NCBI GenBank assembly: GCA_947074115.1
Contig: CAMTOK010000002.1
Location: forward strand, 21,946-85,945
Length of the DNA: 64,000 nt
DNA from: an uncultured Erysipelotrichaceae bacterium
Lineage (GTDB): Bacteria > Bacillota_I > Bacilli_A > Erysipelotrichales > Coprobacillaceae
Reading direction: 5' to 3'
Positions 62,765-64,000 of the stretch are shown here, one piece after another (the stretch's first letter is position 1; the number at the start of each line of letters is the position of its first letter). The notes below the pieces were generated by a model. That model made no database searches and was not told the origin of the DNA. It worked only from the letters and a program-made list of their open reading frames with translations. Position numbers and translations under genes: made by a program.

Positions 62765-63169
62765 TTATGATTCACTTTGTAAACACTCTTCACAAGTTCC
62801 GTAGAAGATAATACCTGTATTTTGAATTCTCGCATGTGATTGATTGCTAGCTGCTTTTTGAATTAATGCAACATCACTAGGATCTAAATCTACATCTAAA
62901 ATACGACCACATTTTTGACAAACAATATGATAATGAGGATCTATGTGAGCGTCATAATGAACAGCGTTATCTCCTATATCAATTCTTTGAATTCGTTTGT
63001 TTTCATATAAATGATTTAAATTTCTATAAACAGTTCCTAAGCTAATATCAGGAATCACTTTTCTTGCTTCTATATAAATAGTATCAACAGTCGGATGGGT
63101 ATAATCTTGCATTAAAATATCATAGATTGTTTCCCTTTGTTTTGAATATCTTGTTTTTGGTTGTTCCAT
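62765..63169 (-). CDS. Fur-family metalloregulator (Fur/PerR/Zur not resolved)
   Basis: TRYSKQRETIYDIL, DISLGTVYRNL HTH, HYHIVCQKCG and CEEC Zn-site cysteine pairs. AAGGAGGGGG RBS precedes ATG 63169. Confidence 0.85.
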   Translation of the reverse strand: MEQPKTRYSKQRETIYDILMQDYTHPTVDTIYIEARKVIPDISLGTVYRNLNHLYENKRIQRIDIGDNAVHYDAHIDPHYHIVCQKCGRILDVDLDPSDVALIQKAASNQSHARIQNTGIIFYGTCEECLQSES

Positions 63170-63186
63170 TTTATCCCCCTCCTTAT

Positions 63187-63204
63187 TGATAATTATTACT
63201 ATCA
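63187..63204. promoter_or_regulatory. Fur-box-like AT-rich imperfect palindrome just upstream of the Fur-family gene
   Basis: TGATAAT-tatt-ACTATCA. The arms resemble the TGATAAT/ATTATCA 7-1-7 Fur half-sites, but with a 4-nt spacer and one mismatch. Confidence 0.3.
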
Positions 63205-63217
63205 TAATAATCTATAA

Positions 63218-64000
63218 TTATAATAAAGTCAAATATTGTGCTCCACAACAAATGATAAATGATAATATTCCATGTAATAATCGATCAAAAAAGAAGCGTT
63301 GGAAAGAATAAGGAATCCCCTCTAATATATTGTCTACTTGCATAAGAACTGAGAATCCAGAGAAAGAGAGGAAGAAGCAAACGATTGGATATGTCCAAAA
63401 AGATGGATATTTTAATATTTGTATAGCACCATAACTGAATTCTAAAATCCCTTGTATAGAAAAAAGAGCGTAATCACTAGAAACGAAAATGTTTAAACTG
63501 TATCCAACAAATTGGAAGACCAACATATATCCTAATATAAAGATAAAGGCTGTTAGTGATGAAGTAATACTCTTTTTTAATGCTGTCACAAAAGGCATAC
63601 TGGGTGTTTTCAAATTCTCTATTGTTTCTTTAAATGTTAAAAACTCATAAGGTTCCCTGTAACAGAGTGCCCTAAGAATACTAGGTAATACATGACAGAT
63701 ATAAAGAATGAGAGCAGTTCTGACATTGAGAGCTAATGATACAAAAATAAAGGACAAAGATGAAAAAGAAGCTATTGATAACATATGTTGGAGTTGTTTT
63801 ATATTTATATAACCCATTTCGTATGATTCTTTTATGATTTTTGCATTAGTTGGATAACCACAAAAGAATGATACAAAATAAAGGGTTGCCATATGAGGCG
63901 TGAGATGAAATAATGGAGAAAAGATATATTGAATAAAATAACTAAAGAGTTCAAATAAATGTAATGATAAACATAATGATATTAATATCATAAATGGTAA
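63218..64000 (-). CDS. YlbJ-like / nucleoside-recognition-domain integral membrane protein, C-terminal part (5' end outside window)
   Basis: The minus-strand frame stays open to base 64000 beyond the Met at 63991. Polytopic. Contains FFCGYPTNAKII and SFSGFSVLMQV motifs as in YlbJ-type proteins. Confidence 0.55.
   Translation of the reverse strand, partial: LPFMILISLCLSLHLFELFSYFIQYIFSPLFHLTPHMATLYFVSFFCGYPTNAKIIKESYEMGYINIKQLQHMLSIASFSSLSFIFVSLALNVRTALILYICHVLPSILRALCYREPYEFLTFKETIENLKTPSMPFVTALKKSITSSLTAFIFILGYMLVFQFVGYSLNIFVSSDYALFSIQGILEFSYGAIQILKYPSFWTYPIVCFFLSFSGFSVLMQVDNILEGIPYSFQRFFFDRLLHGILSFIICCGAQYLTLL

Overview
This is an AT-rich, gene-dense chromosomal segment of a Bacillota (Firmicutes) genome. 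By inference from gene content (RexAB-type addBA, asnA, queT, degV, a YlbJ-like gene, several GH1 enzymes) it is probably a gut Erysipelotrichia/Clostridia-like organism. There are about 62 protein genes, almost all intact and mostly housekeeping. They include: the carB 3' end, LemA/DUF2207, a VanY-type M15 peptidase, dut, a CapA-like lipoprotein, parAB, degV, cutC, three GH1 phospho-beta-glucosidase paralogues, typA, oppABCDF and ptsH. Further along are an ArsR/SdpR-SdpI-ABC exporter unit, a two-component system, an HD hydrolase, pgcA, addBA, nadE, asnA, thrCB, an SDR, queT, an AI-2E transporter, an aminopeptidase P-like protein, pepF, GNAT, a ChbG/YdjC deacetylase, aroE, rdgB, trmL, a Fur-family repressor and a YlbJ-like membrane protein running off the 3' edge. 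I saw no rRNA, tRNA, CRISPR array, transposase, integrase or phage genes. Two riboswitches can be read directly from the sequence: a cobalamin riboswitch at about 23.65 kb and a preQ1-I riboswitch at about 50.9 kb. Many clean Rho-independent terminators are present. I could not identify a convincing defence-island-type or otherwise clearly novel system. The best candidates for undescribed biology are four. (i) A translationally coupled operon at 46.3-50.1 kb joins two orphan proteins, a membrane-anchored alpha/beta-fold protein that has lost its catalytic triad, and a GH1 enzyme. (ii) A B12-riboswitch-controlled pair combines a DUF4430-like surface protein with an S-component-sized membrane protein. 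(iii) A lipoprotein is coupled to a membrane-anchored methyltransferase-fold protein with a degenerate SAM loop (21.0-23.6 kb). (iv) An SdpR/SdpI-type immunity pair is fused operonically to an ABC exporter, with two strong operator-like inverted repeats. All calls come from motif recognition by eye on the supplied ORF translations and DNA. No database search or RNA-model scan was run.
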